Shown piece after piece: positions 41,855 to 43,678 of a stretch of DNA of 43,678 nt (positions are counted from its first letter, which is position 1; every line of letters starts with the position of its first letter). A program made the position numbers and the translations under genes. Below the pieces are notes generated by a model that saw only the letters and a list, made by a program, of their open reading frames with translations, made no database searches and was not told the DNA's origin. This DNA comes from a virus. Taxonomy: Duplodnaviria > Caudoviricetes. The stretch spans positions 1 to 43,678 of the IMG/VR virus record IMGVR_UViG_3300017747_004718; one strand, given 5' to 3'.

Positions 41855-43432
41855 TCAAAAGGTGTAGCCGGTGACAGACAGGCTGACGGTCAAGGTGGTG
41901 GACCGGCTTTTCCATTGAATGTTTCGCGCCGTCCCACCGCGAACCGGAATGTCGTCCAGCGGCACCGAGACACCCCACGCATTGGTCGGACCGGGATCCG
42001 TGACCGACGAATAGACCGGGCTCATCAGGCTCAGATTGATCAGCTTGGCGCCCAGGTGCCAGCTCACGTCCAGCGCACCCGCCGCCGTCGTGCCGCAGAT
42101 CATGATCGCTGCGTCGTCCGATGCGTTATCTGAACCGATAAATCCGCTGGTCAGTTTCGCATCCGGAGGAACGGCCGCGCGAAATGCTGTAACGTCCGCA
42201 CCCGCCAGCACCTGCCATGTATCATTTACAGACGCCGCCTTAGCATTAAGCACCACCTGCTCCACGGAGAATACTTTGCGGTCCGACTGGTAAAACGGCA
42301 CAATCTCGCCGGCACCCGTGGCGTTGAGTCGCACCCGTCCCACCAGCCCCTGGTAAATGTAGCCAGCAAAGGCGGCATTGGTCAGGTCCGGACCGGCGGA
42401 AAGCGCGCCGTCGCCCGTGCCGGCCGTCTCCAACACGCCCCGGACATTGGTTCCATCGCTGATCAGCCAAAGATAATACCACGTCGAAGTGGTTCGGGTT
42501 GCCCCTGTCTCCAATCCGTTGAGCGCCACGCCCGCGGTGAAGTCCACCGTCAAGCTCACCGAAGCCACCAGCATGGGCAGCCCGTTGCTGGTCTTCAACA
42601 CCACCTCATCCGCCGCTACCGTCACGGTGGTCAGGTTGGCATTGTAGATCACAAGATTGCGCGCGTCCGCCGCGACAGCTACCGGGCGATCCTTCGTCAG
42701 CAAAATGAACTGTGTGCCGTCGTCGTAAACCAGATAAGTCTGGCCCGCCACCCAATCGCCCGCCAGCAACGCCGCCGCACCGGGCCGCAGGACATTGCGC
42801 GCACCCAGGCCGTCGCAGTTCAGCGTAAGCGATCCCGTGTTGGTCAAGCTCGTGCCCACCTTCACCAGCAGCAGCACGCCCGCCGTGTAACCAGTGAGCG
42901 GTGGCGTGTTTACCAGCGTCTGCACCGTGGCCGTGCCCGCCGTGTCATTGGTGGCCGGACGAATCAATCCGCTCGGCAATACCTCCATCACATCCCACCC
43001 GCCCGCCGCCGTGTTCCGGCTGGTGTTGTAGCGGAAACGGATGATGTCATCCGCCACCAGGTCGCCCGGCTTCACGGCCAGCCCGTTGCGATGATAGATG
43101 TTCTTCGCCCCGAGACTATCCACGTTCAGGCTGGCCGTGGCCGCCGCCGTGTTCGTGATGCCCATCTTCACCAGCACCTCAGCGCCGTTGGCCAGTGCGC
43201 CCAGGGGCGGATTTAGCGATACGGTGTAAGTGTTCGTGCCGCTGGACGTGCCGTAGAAGTAAGCGCCCGGCGTGGTCTTGCCCGGTGTCACCGCGCCCGC
43301 CGCCAGATCCGCTGTGGCCACACTGCCGGAGATGCTCACGCTCGGCGAGAGTGCCAGCAGCCGAAGCATGTTGTTGGTGACCGCCTGCCCCGCTACCACT
43401 CGAACGGTTGGGGTCTGTGTGATGCTTAACAT
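41855..43432 (-). CDS. Tail fibre / tail-associated protein with a duplicated domain
   Basis: 525 aa, Thr/Gly/Ala-rich; two related units (TNT..ASLNVDSLGAKNI / TNTGSLTLNCDGLGARNV); STWYYLWLI fibre-type motif. Confidence 0.75.
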   Translation of the reverse strand: MLSITQTPTVRVVAGQAVTNNMLRLLALSPSVSISGSVATADLAAGAVTPGKTTPGAYFYGTSSGTNTYTVSLNPPLGALANGAEVLVKMGITNTAAATASLNVDSLGAKNIYHRNGLAVKPGDLVADDIIRFRYNTSRNTAAGGWDVMEVLPSGLIRPATNDTAGTATVQTLVNTPPLTGYTAGVLLLVKVGTSLTNTGSLTLNCDGLGARNVLRPGAAALLAGDWVAGQTYLVYDDGTQFILLTKDRPVAVAADARNLVIYNANLTTVTVAADEVVLKTSNGLPMLVASVSLTVDFTAGVALNGLETGATRTTSTWYYLWLISDGTNVRGVLETAGTGDGALSAGPDLTNAAFAGYIYQGLVGRVRLNATGAGEIVPFYQSDRKVFSVEQVVLNAKAASVNDTWQVLAGADVTAFRAAVPPDAKLTSGFIGSDNASDDAAIMICGTTAAGALDVSWHLGAKLINLSLMSPVYSSVTDPGPTNAWGVSVPLDDIPVRGGTARNIQWKSRSTTLTVSLSVTGYTF

Positions 43433-43436
43433 AGAT

Positions 43437-43678
43437 TCAAATTCTCGATTTCAATTCCCGCCGGTCCACGGGGAACGCTTCCGCCTCAATGCTCAACAGT
43501 TTGCAGCGGCCCTGCTGATTGCGCAGACGGAACTGAATTTCCCGGCCGCGCTTGCCGACCCGATACGTTTCCATGCGCGTCTGGTGCAGGTCCATCACCA
43601 CGCCGTTCTCGCCTGGGAGAATGTAACTGCCCGGCGGATAGACCCGCGGCGTTCCCGACGACGTGGCCCACGTCGTGA
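43437..43678 (-). CDS. 3' end of the wrap-around tail tubular/nozzle protein (...GREIQFRLRNQQGRCKLLSIEAEAFPVDRRELKSRI*)
   Basis: In frame with 1-2299 across the 123-bp overlap; stop lies just upstream of the ATG at 43432. Confidence 0.75.
   Translation of the reverse strand, partial: TTWATSSGTPRVYPPGSYILPGENGVVMDLHQTRMETYRVGKRGREIQFRLRNQQGRCKLLSIEAEAFPVDRRELKSRI
43556..43678. repeat. Terminal direct repeat, right copy
   Basis: Identical to 1-123. Confidence 0.97.

Noticed and set aside
34128-43380. Plus-strand ORFs over the ejection and tail genes (e.g. 34487-36061)
   Set aside because: Antisense shadows without recognisable features

Overview
The window is an apparently complete, circularly permuted temperate phage genome of about 43,555 bp; bases 43556-43678 repeat bases 1-123. 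It has a podovirus-like layout. Most genes lie on the minus strand: replication initiator with iterons, 3'-5' exonuclease, DnaB, terminase, portal, scaffold, major capsid, tail and internal virion proteins. A short plus-strand block carries a repressor-like gene, ArdC, an XRE HTH gene, a tyrosine integrase and a probable attP made of the 5' half of tRNA-Arg(UCG). The host is probably in the PVC group (Verrucomicrobia-like); this is an inference. The most striking element is a compact phage-borne integron at 21947-23293: an IntI-type integrase, an attI-like site, one cassette and a well-formed attC. The cassette ORF is inverted; it starts inside attC and stops inside attI, and the attC arm encodes an ATGA stop/start that would translationally couple any incoming cassette. 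Also notable: a cluster of seven signal-peptide-bearing proteins inside the virion module with no recognisable endolysin; three families of dispersed short repeats at gene boundaries, two of which form inverted-repeat-bounded single-gene cassettes; and a MutS-I domain inserted in the giant ejection protein. All product calls come from motif recognition by eye; no database searches were run.
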